Origin: Eledone cirrhosa | Lineage: Eukaryota | Direction: 5' to 3' | NCBI GenBank assembly: GCA_964016885.1 | Contig: OZ024756.1 | Location: 39,060,001-39,124,000, forward strand | DNA length: 64,000 nt | Program-made: the position numbers and the translations under genes | The notes under the pieces: model-generated | The model's database searches: none | What the model was told of the DNA's origin: nothing | The model's input: only the letters and a program-made list of their open reading frames with translations | Part shown: positions 27,117 through 42,714 of the stretch, in pieces | Layout of the letters: each line of letters starts with the position of its first letter | Numbering within the stretch: position 1 is the stretch's first letter

Positions 27117-27152
27117 TCTTAACGTTTCGGACGCTAGTCCTTCATCAGAAGA
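27117..27152 (-). ncRNA. Minimal HHR (family B) in element ~27083-27195
   Basis: Reverse complement TCTT-CTGATGA-AGGAC-TAGC-GTCC-GAAACGTT^AAGA, identical to 48326-48361. Confidence 0.8.
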
Positions 27153-27188
27153 AAGAATGAGAAATAAATTAGATTGAAGGGATGGGTG

Positions 27189-27756
<568 letters not shown>

Positions 27757-28539
27757 ATATATTCATCATCATGTACATATACACCATATACACACATATA
27801 TAGAACTACGCAATAATCATTGAAACAGTTCTCAATGTGAAATTGATGTATAGTTTAGTATGTAGTAAATGACAGCCCCTGTAGCAACAAGGCCTATACA
27901 GAGAAACAACAAATAATAGCCATATAAGGACTACTACTACAGCAACAACAACAACAACGAATTGCCATATTTGGAAATGGCGACGAGTCACGTGTTTCAC
28001 TTACAACCCAGGCGTTAAATCAGTGCTGATATATTTTACTATCTGCTTCCGATTCTGAAATACTTCCCCATTCGTAATAACGCTGGATGTGTATATGTAA
28101 GTCTGATATTTAAATTTAACTGGTTGTCATCAATTGACAGGAGAAGATGTTGCATATATTATTTAATAAAGCCAGACATTGGCACTATTAGAAGATTCGA
28201 GAAATCTTTGCATACATTCACATGTTCACTGTACTTATAGTTTAGCTAGAATTTTTTGGGAATTTTACCATTATTTTGCGTCATGCTTAAGTCTTTCGCT
28301 TATTTTTAATTTTTACTTATTTTGCAAGTGTGATTTTTAGCTTTAATATATATATTGCCTGTGTATTCTCTTCATTCTCGCATGCTCCGAAGAACTGACT
28401 GGTTATAATTTTGTATTGGCGATCGAGTAACGTGAAAATAAGCGAATAGCGATCTCTAGACCTACCAGTTCAGAGAAACAATTGTCAGCTATGAGATTAA
28501 AAACATTTTTTGTATAGCAAACCATGTCAACCTTCTTTC

Positions 28540-28645
<106 letters not shown>

Positions 28646-28723
28646 AACCTACTATATTTGTGCATATCTATCTATCTACCTATCTATTTATCTATCTATC
28701 TACCTATGTCTATGTATGTATGC

Positions 28724-28765
<42 letters not shown>

Positions 28766-29254
28766 GTATATAAATTTATGCATATATGTAGACATATATT
28801 TGTGTAAGTGTGTGAGAAGACATTTAAACATATGCGTGTACATAAACATATCAATAAAATGTATTTCACGTGCCAGTGTGATAAATGCCTAATTGGTTTA
28901 TGTTACCAACACGTGATAAATCTTATTGTATCCACAGAAATTGCAAACGTAGACTTCTTCTATAGACTTTTCTCAAACCAAGCTAAGTGATACAATTTCA
29001 ACTACTAATTAAAGACGGAACATTATTTCAGTTTAATAGAACTCGTCTACTCTAAACCATTCATAGGCGTGTATACATGTATGCACAAATATATATACTT
29101 AATGCATATAATATATATTTGTGCATTCATCATTTTTAGTGTATTACGTATTATAAATAATATATACGCACATGCGATTGCACTAAGATATGCATTTACG
29201 TATGTATTATATTTAAGTATGGATGGATGGATTATATATAAGTATATGTACATG

Positions 29255-29600
29255 TGGGATTCCTCTGAAGGGTCTTTGGAGTAACGTTACTCGATAAAGT
29301 GTGTAGCTCAGTGATCAGAGAGTAGAGCCGCTACTTCTCCGAATTGAGAGATCACAGCTCCAATACTATGGGCATGCGGTTAGAATGTCTCAGGAAGGAA
29401 TCGCTGGACAGATGATTTTAAGGGCAAAACCAACCGGCAGGAGACCCAGGGGTAGACCCTGAGCAAGATGGTTGGATAACATCCATGAGCTTGGCTGGTC
29501 TCACTTGGGGATCAAGCTGGATCAATTGGATACGGTTGCTTCTGACAGGATCCTCTGGAAGGTGTATTTTCGGGAATAAGTGGGCAAAGTAGAAGATGAG
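29255..29600 (+). mobile_element. RTE/Expander-like LINE ORF C-terminal fragment
   Basis: Decayed ..GVTLLDKV.SS.IRE..EPLLLRIERSQLQYYGHAVRM..KPTGRRPRGRP..RWLDNI; second relic at 55430-55600. Confidence 0.8.
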
Positions 29601-30243
29601 CATGTGTGTATAATGTTTGAGTATGTATGTATGTTTGTATTATATGTAAGTGCACATGTATGTATTTATTTTGTAAATCTTCTTTAGATTTTTTTCTTCT
29701 ATTTTTAATCACGTCTCATTTCGATCTAAGTTCAAATCACGCTGAGATCAAATTTGGATTCGATCCTTCTGGAATCGATAAAATAAGTTCTAGGAGATTC
29801 TAATCGACTGCAACTATTTTTCTAAAATATGTGACCTTCCACCTTTGTAAAAAACCCTTATTTCCCCAAATCTGACAGCAATACAAGCAGTTGACGTTTC
29901 ACGCGTTGGTCTGTGTTGGATTATAATTGTTTCTACTTTAGGCACAATGCCAGCAAAAACACCAGTACATTACTGGTACTTTATTTTATGTTATGTAAAC
30001 AGGATTATTAATGTTGAAAAAAATATATATTTGTCTATCTGGGAATTTATTGCCCCCCCCCTCTCTCTCTGTCTGTTTGTCTGGCTGTTTGTCTGTCTCT
30101 ATCTCGTTCCTTCTCTCTCTCTTTCCCCCACTCTCACTCCCTCTCTCTCCCTTTCCCTCTCTCTCACTCCCTCTCTCTCCCTTTCCTTCTCTCTCACTTC
30201 CTCTCTCTCTCTTTACTTTATATATATATATATATATATATAT

Positions 30244-30626
30244 AGTTTTAATATAGATGAGATTCTACAGGACTAGAACTGTTTCATTCATTAGAAATCA
30301 TCAGGAATATAACACACTGCCCGAACTGCATGCACAAGAACTTTGCAACATTCAAACACTTTAAGCCAGTGTTAAAGCCCGATGGCTAAAAACGACCTCC
30401 CCCTATTGGCCCCTGTACCTCCTCCCCACCCTACCCCCACCCCTCCTCAACCTGAAATACGGCCACTATAGTTATATTCCTGATGATGGTTATATTCCTG
30501 ATGATTTCTAATGAATGAAACAGTTCTAGTCCTGTAGAATCTCATCTATATTAAAACTGTTATACTCTGCTATGTATTGAGTACCTTACTTACTGTGGTT
30601 ACCTCCGATTCAACCCGGAATAACGT
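30244..30626. mobile_element. Family E element with inverted HHR arms around an unrelated spacer
   Basis: 30244-30313 is the reverse complement of 30489-30558; 3' tail to 30626; (TA)n flanks. Confidence 0.8.
30494..30540 (+). ncRNA. Hammerhead ribozyme (family E); mirror copy on - at 30262-30308
   Basis: ATTC-CTGATGA-TTTC-TAAT-GAAT-GAAACAG-TTCTAGTC-CTGTA^GAAT. Confidence 0.8.
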
Positions 30627-30743
30627 ATATATATATATATATATATATCATATATAAATATATTGCGCGCACACACCGATACACTCACAAACGCACATAT
30701 ATATATACACGCATGCATATATATATATATATATATATATATA

Positions 30744-30785
<42 letters not shown>

Positions 30786-31132
30786 ATGTACGCAGAAGCA
30801 TTATTTGATGCAACAGTAACATTATTTTTTATGTATATTAATTTAGCTGATCGCTCATCGTTGGCCAATCCCCTCATGTCAGTCAGCACTACACCTGTGT
30901 AAGCCAAAAGCAGTTGCTTTTCTATCTTCCTCTATGTAGTAAAAGCAGTACAAGTAGAGCTACTATTGCACCAGTAGATCTACTTCGCTAATAGAAACAG
31001 CAGAAATTCGTGCAGAATAAATATTAAAACAAAATTCCCGATTGCCGAATGGATAAGATGTTGTTGCATTTATATCCTAAAGCCTGAGAGTTCGACGTTT
31101 TTTTTTTTTTAAACTATTAATTAACCATATTG

Positions 31133-31655
31133 TAGGGGTCTGAAACGTGCGGCCCGCACACTACATTTCTATGGCCCGTGACAGACAGAATAATTTTCCT
31201 GATTAATCAAATGAAAATATGAAACAGATAATTTGCTCCCCTACATTTTGTACTAATTCACATATCCCACTTGCTATCATATGTATATTTATTTTGATGG
31301 AGAAATAATAAATAGTAGTCTATCAGCTGTATTGTAGATTAGCATTATAATTGGCAAGGGCGGTGGGTTGGCAGTATTGGTGGAGGGTCGGACGCCATGC
31401 TTTCCAGCATAGAGTTAAGCCTCTTTACGATCTGACTTCAAATCCCGACGAGGTTAACTTTGCCTTTCATCCTTACGGGATCGATAAAATAAAGTACCAG
31501 TAATACACTGGGATAATTGCTGGCCTTGTGCCAAAAGTAGAAACAATTATTAGTGGTTTTAATCATGCCAACCTCCTCATGTCACTTTTGCGCCGCGGTG
31601 CTTCTATCCCCAGGACTTAATGGCCCTTTTTGAGTTCTTCAGTCTGAGACCCCTG
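31133..31655. mobile_element. hAT (Charlie-like) MITE relic with nested SINE type I (31358-31552, +)
   Basis: TAGGGGTCTGAAAC-GTGCGGCCCGC..GTCTGAGACCCCTG termini; 8-bp TSD not recognisable. Confidence 0.55.
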
Positions 31656-31744
31656 TTGTATAGTATGTTACACAGTGGACTTAAATCACTGAATTTCTAA
31701 TGTTCCTGCAAAAGGCATGGACTTTACAGTATTCTGGTTTACCA

Positions 31745-32325
31745 ATCTTATACTAAACATATAATGGATGCATCTCGGTTTCGAGAATTGCCATCCTTTG
31801 AACTTTTTCTCATACATATGTGGCTCGAACATGACTTTTTAGACCCCTCCAAGGACTTAGATTCTTTCCTGCGTATGCTGCAATGAAAGAAAATAGAAAA
31901 GGCCATTATCACGCTGCATACGTGAAAGTTGTTTAGTTCAAGTGAGGCATGTGCTTGAAGCTTTTATAAGTGAAGAAAGGCCTTACACTGGACCAATGTC
32001 ACTCTCTGAACAATGGTGACAAGAAAGGCCTTACACTGGACCAATGCCACTCTCTCAACAATGGTGACAAGAAAGGCTTCACACTGGACCAATGCCACTC
32101 TCTCAACAATGGTGACAAGAAAGGCCTTACACTGGACCAATGCCACTCTCTCAACAATGGTGACAGGTATCCAAACAGAAGAACTGGTCAACATCATTGG
32201 CTGCCATTGAATCACAGGGTTTACATCAGAGTTTTCCTTCTGGAATGATGTCTTAACAAGAACTAGGGAAAGTCTCTCACTCACGGTGGGCTAATCGCAC
32301 GCTCGGGCATCAAACCAAGTTTTTC
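31745..32325 (-). mobile_element. Diverged copy of the bipartite RTE-derived short element
   Basis: Shares AGAAGGAAAACTCTGAT, CCAATGATGTTGAC, ATAAAAGCTTCA, a decayed C2H2 finger and CTCGAAA.CGAG end with 39043-39647. Confidence 0.7.
31972..32165. repeat. 45-bp tandem repeat, ~4.3 copies
   Basis: AAGAAAGGCCTTACACTGGACCAATGCCACTCTCTCAACAATGGTGAC-type units. Confidence 0.95.
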
Positions 32326-32479
32326 CATATATATATATATATCTGTGGAAAGAGTCCAGGGAGGGATTCCTCCTCTGTGAGTGATTTCAAGACCCTGGAT
32401 CAGGATATATATATATAAAAAATATATATATATGTTGGTTTGGTCATCTGTTCAGTGCTTGGTCACACACATATATATA

Positions 32480-32562
<83 letters not shown>

Positions 32563-32668
32563 GTGTATGTGTGTTTGTTTAAATATAAATGTATGCATAT
32601 ATATATTTATATATACAAATATATATGCATACATCTAGGTTTCATTGAGTTTCTACGTGTGTTCGTGT

Positions 32669-32699
<31 letters not shown>

Positions 32700-32991
32700 G
32701 AAAGAGAAAGAGAGTGAGAGAGAGAGAAAGAAAGAGAGAAGAAGCCAGTGAAAACGATATTTCGTTCCTACTATCAAATGTGATATTTAGAGGAAACGCC
32801 AAAAAATCAATATTTGTCAATAGAATTTATTTGCCATATATGGTCATGAGAACACACGATAAAACATATGAATGAACAACGTGCTACACCACGATTATTT
32901 AGTTGAGGCGTAACTATTTTCAAGAACAACGCCTGTTCTACTATACGGTGCTACTCTGGTAGTAACACAGGGGGGGGGGGGTGCATATATG

Positions 32992-33032
<41 letters not shown>

Positions 33033-33034
33033 CT

Positions 33035-33070
<36 letters not shown>

Positions 33071-33080
33071 TTATATATAT

Positions 33081-33143
33081 CGGAAAAGAGTCAGGACCCC
33101 GACGGCTGCGCTATGGCCTTTTCGATAGCTAGATCCGAACTCA
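33081..33143 (-). mobile_element. Family F fragment in (TA)n
   Basis: GGAAAAGAGTCAGGACCCCGACGGCTG matches 62594. Confidence 0.75.
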
Positions 33144-33314
33144 TATATATATACATATATATATACATTTGTGTGTGCGTTTGTGTGCATGCATATATGT
33201 GTATGTATATATATATATATATATATATACATTTGTGTGTGTGTATGCCTGTGTATGTGCATCTATATATATTTAGGTTCCTGCATTTTGTTTGTTCTTT
33301 TCAACTATATACAG

Positions 33315-33433
<119 letters not shown>

Positions 33434-33634
33434 TAATCAAAGATTAATTAGTGTCTAATACCTAAACATCTCAACAAGAGAAATCTCCGAGAGAAGCAAT
33501 ATTACATATTAGAATTAAGTGAGAAAAAGACTCTAAATTCTGCGAGTACAAACAATATAGACAAAAGAAGTATTGTATCTAACCTCGCTTATATACATGC
33601 ATACATAAATACATGCATACATAAATATATACAT

Positions 33635-33699
<65 letters not shown>

Positions 33700-33816
33700 T
33701 AGTAATAATAATAAATTTGAATCAAAGAATCGCAAAGGGTGAAAGCATCGATTCTTTTCTTAAACTTTAATCTGTTATTTTAATAAATAAATAAATATAT
33801 ATATATATATATATGA

Positions 33817-33866
<50 letters not shown>

Positions 33867-33870
33867 TATA

Positions 33871-34377
33871 CGATATTAAATAAATGGAAACTATATTTAT
33901 AAAACCATATTTATTTCATTATATATATTTCAGGGATATCATATTAAAAATATGGTATGCCTTCATCAGACAAAATACAATATAAACAGTCTTATAAATA
34001 AACAGTCTTATAAATAAACAGTCTTATAAACAGTCTTATAAATAAACAGTCTTATAAATAAACAGTCTTATAAATAGATAGATTTGACATACCTTACACT
34101 TCAACTTCCATTTAAAAAGTTGATTTGGAAGTTGAAGTGTAAGGTATGTCAAATCTATCTATTTATAAGACTGTTTATATTGTATTTTGTCTGATGAAGG
34201 CATACCATATTTTTAATATGATATCCCTGAAATATATATAATGAAATAAATATGGTTTTATAAATATAGTTTCCATTTATTTAATATCGTAAATATACTC
34301 CAAATACTTGTTGAGTGCTTTTATATCAGTTATAAATATTTACTCGTTGTAACCCAACAATTTAAATAAAACTTTGC
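33871..34377. mobile_element. Family C palindromic element; HHRs at 33912-33977 (-) and 34183-34248 (+)
   Basis: TATTTTGT-CTGATGA-AGG..ATACCATATT..AATATGATAT..CCT-GAAA-TATATA-TA^ATGAAATA; left arm has a 17-bp tandem expansion. Confidence 0.85.
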
Positions 34378-34539
34378 ATATATATATATATATATATTTT
34401 ATTTTTTTAAATTTATTTATTAAAATAACAGATTAAAGTTTAAGAAAAGAATCGATGCTTTCACCCTTTGCGATTCTTTGCTTCAAATTTAGTATTATTA
34501 CTACACACACACACACATATATATATATATATGTGGGTG

Positions 34540-34606
<67 letters not shown>

Positions 34607-34757
34607 TCATATATATATATATATATTTATTTATTTATTAAAATAACAGATTAAAGTTTAAGAAAAGAATCGATGCTTTCACCCTTTGCGATTCTTTGCT
34701 TCAAATTTAGTATTATTACTACACACACACATATATATATATATATATATGTGGGTG

Positions 34758-34789
<32 letters not shown>

Positions 34790-35205
34790 TATATACATCT
34801 AGATATATACATGCACACACACATATATATATCTATATCTATATATATATATCATAGTCATATTCATTTATTAATATATAACCTCGACAAACATTTCAAG
34901 GAATAATATGTCAATATTATTGAATTCAATATATTTAATAATATAGATCTGTACAGCTGGTCTTAAAAAAGTGTTTGAATTAAGTCTGTAGCGGGGGTGG
35001 AGTTGTGGAGTTGTGGGCGATCGATATACATTCACTGTTATTTGTGAATGAGCTGAGTATTTCCTCAATACATGAGTTTAGATGTGAGGTGTATATATAC
35101 ATGTGCCGGCGTATACGTGTATATTTAACTGAAGTGTGGGCGTGTGCGTGACTCTTCACATGTTTCTCAATGAGATGGCATAAATAAAGAATATATATAT
35201 ATATA

Positions 35206-35298
<93 letters not shown>

Positions 35299-35343
35299 AA
35301 TTAAATTAAGGGTGTCATGTCCGAGGGACATGCGCCATATCCA

Positions 35344-35678
<335 letters not shown>

Positions 35679-35696
35679 TGTATGTATGTATGTATG

Positions 35697-35730
<34 letters not shown>

Positions 35731-35804
35731 TGTATGTATGTATGTATGTAGACGTTGATATGACCAACTCTGCCGTTGTAAAACTATTTTAGTATCGTGG
35801 ACAC

Positions 35805-35965
35805 CGGTATGGCTGAGTGGTTACAAGAATCACCCCACCATCCTGAGATCCTTGGTTCGATCCCACCGCGTAGATCTTGAACAACGGCCTTTGATATAAC
35901 CTCCTCACTTCGAGCCAAACTTTATGAATGAAATTGGGTAGATAGGAACTGTATGGAAGCCCGAC
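35805..35965 (+). mobile_element. CORE-like tRNA SINE (type III), degenerate
   Basis: TGGCTGAGTGGTT..GGTTCGATCCCAC..GGTAGATAGGAACTGTATGGAAGCCCG. Confidence 0.6.
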
Positions 35966-36190
35966 TGGTGGATCGTAGCCGTAATTCAAAGGACAAACCT
36001 AGTCATATATTGTATTACACTGGTTCGGCGTAGGAGTTACGTTTGCAGTGCACATGTATGTTGGGTGAATGCATTCGATGTTCAGAGAGTGGGATTGACC
36101 CCGCGCAAAGCCATTCCCCTTTTTAAAAAAAACTTCTAGCACAGGGATCGCTTGATCAGTGACATTTTATACGATGCATGGCATTGTTGG

Positions 36191-36427
36191 CGCATGGTTT
36201 AATGGTTAGAGCATTGGGCTTGCAATCGAAAGGTTGTGAGTTCAATTCTCGGACCGGGTGATGTGTTGTCTCCTTGAGCAAGACAGTTTATTTCACATTG
36301 CTCCAGTTTACTCAGCTGTAGAAATGAGATGATAGGGACTGGGGTCCCTATCATTAAATCACCCAAGACACCTCCAACGAGATTTACTTTGCAGGAGGCC
36401 AGCTAAACGTGCATAAGTGTGAGCTGT
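36191..36427 (+). mobile_element. SINE type II
   Basis: Homologous to 16212-16450. Confidence 0.85.
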
Positions 36428-36746
36428 CACACACACACACACACACACATAATCATATATATAATGTTCATAATCATATATAATGTTATACATTGCTGGC
36501 CATAGGCAAGCCCCTAGCAGAAGTTAAAAGCCACGTCTGTGATGCTTATGCTTAAGTATCAATCGATGGCATTACTCGAAATCGAGTTACAACCATCATA
36601 TAAAGATATGAAGAGACAGAGAAATGTGTGTACGTGTGTGAAATATTTATATAAATATAAGTTATGTGTCATTCAGTGGTTCAAGAATTTTTATGAGATC
36701 AGCAGAGGATGCATACTCACTTACAATTGTGAATCTATATATATAC

Positions 36747-36841
<95 letters not shown>

Positions 36842-36854
36842 CATAAATACATAT

Positions 36855-36903
<49 letters not shown>

Positions 36904-36950
36904 AAGTGACGAAACATAAGTCAATTGCATGAACTCATAATCCTTTATTT

Positions 36951-37006
36951 ACTGCTATATATATTTCGATGATAGCCATTGAATGGCTATGACCTCATCA
37001 GGCAGT
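36951..37006 (-). ncRNA. Hammerhead ribozyme (family I)
   Basis: Reverse complement ACTGC-CTGATGA-GGTC-ATAGCCA-TTCAA-TGGCTAT-CATC-GAAA-TATATA-TA^GCAGT. Confidence 0.85.
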
Positions 37007-37225
37007 TAGTCAGTTCTTAGATATGCCAGCTCTGTGTTCATAGCGTTGATGGTATCAGAGCCTTGGAACATATATATATATATATATATATAGTATTAAG
37101 GATACTATTTATGGTTATGTATATAATAAAACCTTTTATAGTTATATATATTTTAAACTCTAAATAGTGAAAGACAGTAATTCATTACTATCTTATTACC
37201 AGTAAGATAAATAGCTCAATGTAAT

Positions 37226-37326
<101 letters not shown>

Positions 37327-37679
37327 CTATATATTCGTAAATATATATTTCTGAATGTATTCATGAATATATATTTGTGAATATATGCGTGAGTGTGTTT
37401 GCGTATAAATATGTGTATATACTATTTTGTTCTTGTGATTTTTCTTCCTTGTTTTCACAGACTGAATACGTAGTCACCACCAAGCCTCTATGTAGTATAT
37501 AAAGCTAGAGATGTTGCTATGAGTTAGTGTATCATTGTAATACAATTTGCGCAGTTAGTCTCAAAAGAATGGCTATTATCTGAGTCTATATATTTATCTA
37601 TGTTATCTTGAGTTCCAAGATACAGTTGGGTGATTCTATAGAGATTTCTTTATCTACAGAAGACCATTATCTGTGCAAG

Positions 37680-37870
37680 TGTGGTGGTTTGGCAGTATCA
37701 GTAGAGGGTCGGACAACATGCTTTGTAGCACAGAGTTACGCCCCTTTCTGATCTGAGTTCAAATCCTGCTGAGGTTAACTTTGCCTTTCATCCTTACGGG
37801 GTCGATAAAATAAAGTACCAGTAATGCACTGGGTAATTGCTGGCCTTGTGCCAAAAGTAGAAACAATTAT
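37680..37870 (+). mobile_element. SINE type I
   Basis: Head, core and tail; ATTATCTGTGCAAGT on both sides is a likely TSD. Confidence 0.88.
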
Positions 37871-37931
37871 CTGTGCAAGTACAAAACATATCTCTCGCAT
37901 GTTCAATTTTTGTTATTATGAGTAGACCCGG

Positions 37932-38543
37932 TACCATACCACACTAAACCATATCTTACCATACCATACCAAACCATACCATACCATGCCATACCATACC
38001 ATACCATACCATGCCATACTATACCATACTATACTATACCATACTATACTATACAGTACCATACCATACCACACCATACCATACAATGCCATCCACACCA
38101 TACCATATCATCCCACAGCACACCATACAATACCATCCACACCACACCACACCACACCATACCATATTTATCCATAACATACTATACCATACCATACCAT
38201 ATCTTACCATACCAAACCACACCACACCATATCACATTACACCATACTATACCTCACTACACAATATCACACTACACCATACCACACCATACCACACCAC
38301 ACTACACCACACCACACTACACCACACCACACTACACCACACCACACTAGACCACACCACACCACACTACACTACTCCACACCACACCACACCACACTAC
38401 ACCACACCACACTACACCACACCACACTAGACCACACCACACCACACTACACTACTCCACACCACACCACACTACACCACACCACACTACACCACACTAC
38501 ACCACACTACACCACACTACACTACACCACACCACACCACACA
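37932..38543. repeat. (CATAC)n to (CACAC/CACTA)n pentamer satellite
   Basis: Direct reading. Confidence 0.95.
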
Positions 38544-39042
38544 TATATACAGACAAATGTGGTCTTATAGTCAGGCATTCTTTTCCTTTCCTTGTTTCAG
38601 CCTGCGACCAAACTACGGTACCACTTTCAAGGATGTTTTCTATCGATAATATCGATCTCGGTACATACTCTAGTCGGATATTTACTTTATCGATCTCTGT
38701 TTTACAAACAGCTGTTTGATGAGATCAAAAGGAAGGTTTCAGATACATAACAACGGTTAACTAGTCTTAATCTATATACAAACACCCACACACATACACC
38801 CACATACATACACCCACATACATACACATACCCACATTCACACACACACACATACACACACACAAATATGTATATATATATATATACACATACATATACA
38901 CACAACCACGCAAATATATATATATTGTAAGAGTGCAGTTTAACGAATGAAACCAGTTTAAAAAAAATATATGTGTGTGTGTGTATATATATATGTATAT
39001 ACTCATATATATGTATGTATATGTGCATGTATATATATATAT

Positions 39043-39647
39043 GTCAGGTCACCAGTTGGTGCTACTGGTAACATGTATCCCAGTACAACCTGTCTCATGG
39101 TCGGGTCGTTGGCGACTAAACTGGCAACCCCACCAAGGTTTCTTGGTGAGGAGGGTGACTTTGGACATCCTGCAGGACAAAAAAAAAAACCTGCCAAAGG
39201 CCAAAGGAGCTCTTAAGAGTCAATGGCCATCCAAAATCACCAGGAGAGATGACCCCTTAGCTTTTGTCAGAATTCTAGGAGAAGGAAAACTCTGATATAA
39301 CACCTGCAACCTTGATGGTATCCAATGATGTTGACTTGTTCTTCTTTTTGGTAAATATCATCTTGGTTAAGAGAGTGGGACTGGCTTTGTGTAGTGCCTT
39401 TGCTCACTATAAAAGCTTCACAGCACAGGCATTGCTTTATATCTGGAGATCTCTCTGCACTTGTCGTCACATGGTACCATGAGCCCAGCACTATGTGTCA
39501 ATAATTGTCACAAGTGTAGTGTTTGTACCAGAGTTTTCAAGTCGCTGGCTGGACTAAAACGTCACACTCGTTCAGCGTATCGGTAGGGGTTCTCTTACAT
39601 GGATATAAAGTAGTGGCCGTACTCGAAAACGAGTTTGCAGCCACCAT
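39043..39647 (+). mobile_element. Bipartite non-autonomous RTE-derived element (5' UTR-like part plus C2H2 3' end)
   Basis: GGAGAAGGAAAACTC motif; HKCSVCTRVFKSLAGLKRHTRSAYR* at 39509-39586; (ATGT)n tail. Confidence 0.7.
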
Positions 39648-39760
39648 GTATGTATGTATGTATGCATGCATGTTTGTATATATGTATGCATGCATGCATG
39701 CTTGTATGTATGCATGTATGTATTTATGCATGTTTGTATGTATGTATGTATGTATGTATT

Positions 39761-40173
39761 CCGGGAGAGATGACCCCTTAGCCTTTGTCAAGGCAGAATT
39801 CTAGGAGAAGGAAAACTCTGATATAACACCTGCAACCCTGATGGTATCCAATGATGTTGACTTGTTCTTCTTTTTGGTAAATATCATCTTGGTTAAGAGA
39901 GTGGGACTGGCTTTGTGCAGTGCCTTTGCTCACTATAAAAGCTTCATGGCACAGGCATTGCTTTATATCTGGAGATCTCTCTGCACTTGTCGTCACATGG
40001 TACCATGGGCCCAGCACTATGTGTCAATAATTGTCACAAGTGTAGTGTTAGTACCAGAGTTTTCAAGTCGCTGGCTGGACTAAAAAGTCACACTCGTTCA
40101 GCGCATCGGTAGGAGTTCTCCTACATGGATATAAAGTAGTGGCCGTACTCGAAAACGAGTTGGCAGCCACCAT
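39761..40173 (+). mobile_element. Second, 5'-truncated tandem copy of the same element
   Basis: Highly similar to 39239-39647. Confidence 0.85.
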
Positions 40174-40198
40174 ATATATATATAAATAAATATATACA

Positions 40199-40745
<547 letters not shown>

Positions 40746-42371
40746 GAATCTCCGCTACAGAGTTAAGAACAAAGTAAAGAAATACAATACAGAAGTAATT
40801 TCATTACAATTAATAAATACATCCAATTAATTAAACCAATTATAAATACATCTATTGTGAGAAGGAAATAATTCTAAACTATAATACAATACTAACATTA
40901 TCCTTCGACAACAAATAATTCTAAACTATATTAAAATATTATCCTTCGCCAACAAATCTAAACTATAATAAAGTAAGGAGTGCGGGAATGCGTCCAGAAT
41001 ATATTTTTATAAGTTGGATTACTTAATAAATAATGAATGAATATTACATAATTTATCTACTAAATTTCGTTATTCTTGATTAAATATAAATAATTTTGTT
41101 CCTTATTTTAAGATTCACTTCTTTAAAATTTTCAAATGTCAACACTTCCGGTTAGCGATCACTTAAACATTCATATATTTCCGTCACTAATTTTCTCCTA
41201 ATGCAGTTTATATATAATATCGTCTTTTTTTAATGTATCATGGATTACGTTACTGATTACATAAGACAGTGTAACGCAGTTTCGTTCGATTTCTGTGTAT
41301 ATTATCAATTACGATTTTATTTGATATATCATATCTACATGCATATATATTTGCGTATAATATCAATATGCACACTACACAAGGGTGGTTTTTCTGCTAG
41401 TAATACTAAACTATATTAAAATATTAACAGTATCGTCGCCAACAAATAATTCTAAACTGCATTAAAATATTAACTGAATCCTTCGACAACAAACATATCT
41501 CATCATCATTGAATATGATTTGTAAAACTTCTGACGTAAAAGAGGAAGATATCTTAATTATCCCAAATGAATAGCTTTTATTCTAAATTTGCATGAGATT
41601 AAATTACTGTTATATAGCTTTAAAGACGTTTAGTCATGAGATGTTATTAATATTTTTACATAAGTTAGCCCACTGTGGAGAAGTGATATAGTGCAAATGT
41701 TTAATAAATTACATAAAAATATTGCTTCAAGTGATGGAGTCATTTGCAAATATTGTAAAGATAGAAACATGGTTGAACGAATAGTCGTAATAGTTATTGT
41801 ATAAATGTTTAACAGACATTGATCGAACATGGCAGTATCGGTAGAGCGTTGGACGCCATGTTTTGCAAAATAGAGTTAAGGCCCTTTGCATTCTGAGTTC
41901 AAATCCCGCCGAATGAATGTCATTTCCTTATTTTAATAGACTTAATAGACTTTTTTATTTAATAAGCAATAAAGTAAGGATTAAATATAGAATAAAACAA
42001 AACAGAAATTAGATGGACATTTTTCTGGGCGTTTATAAATGATCAACTTTATTGAAACTGATCTGTGTAATGTCATTAAAAGCTTCTTTTTTTTTTTCAT
42101 CTAAAAAAATAATAGTAATAATAATACAGAACGTACCTTCTACGAATAATGGCAACTATAATGCATAAGAAACATGAGCAAAAAATTTATAACATAATGT
42201 TATAATAATTATCATCTGTAAAATAATACGAACTATTTAATCTATTATATAAATTGTAAAATAATACGATATATTTTAGAATAATCCATAAATCATGTTA
42301 CAAAATTAAAAGAAAGATTCCCTTTGTTATCAGGCACTCGAAGAGAAGTTGCTACTATATATATATGTAAA

Positions 42372-42411
<40 letters not shown>

Positions 42412-42592
42412 TACATACATATATATATATATGTATATATATGTGTATATATATATGTATATATATATATATGTATATATATATATGTATATATATATGT
42501 ATATATATATATGTATATATATATATGTATATATATATGTATATATATATATGTATCTATCTATCTAACTATCTCTCTCTCTCTCTCTCTCC

Positions 42593-42714
<122 letters not shown>

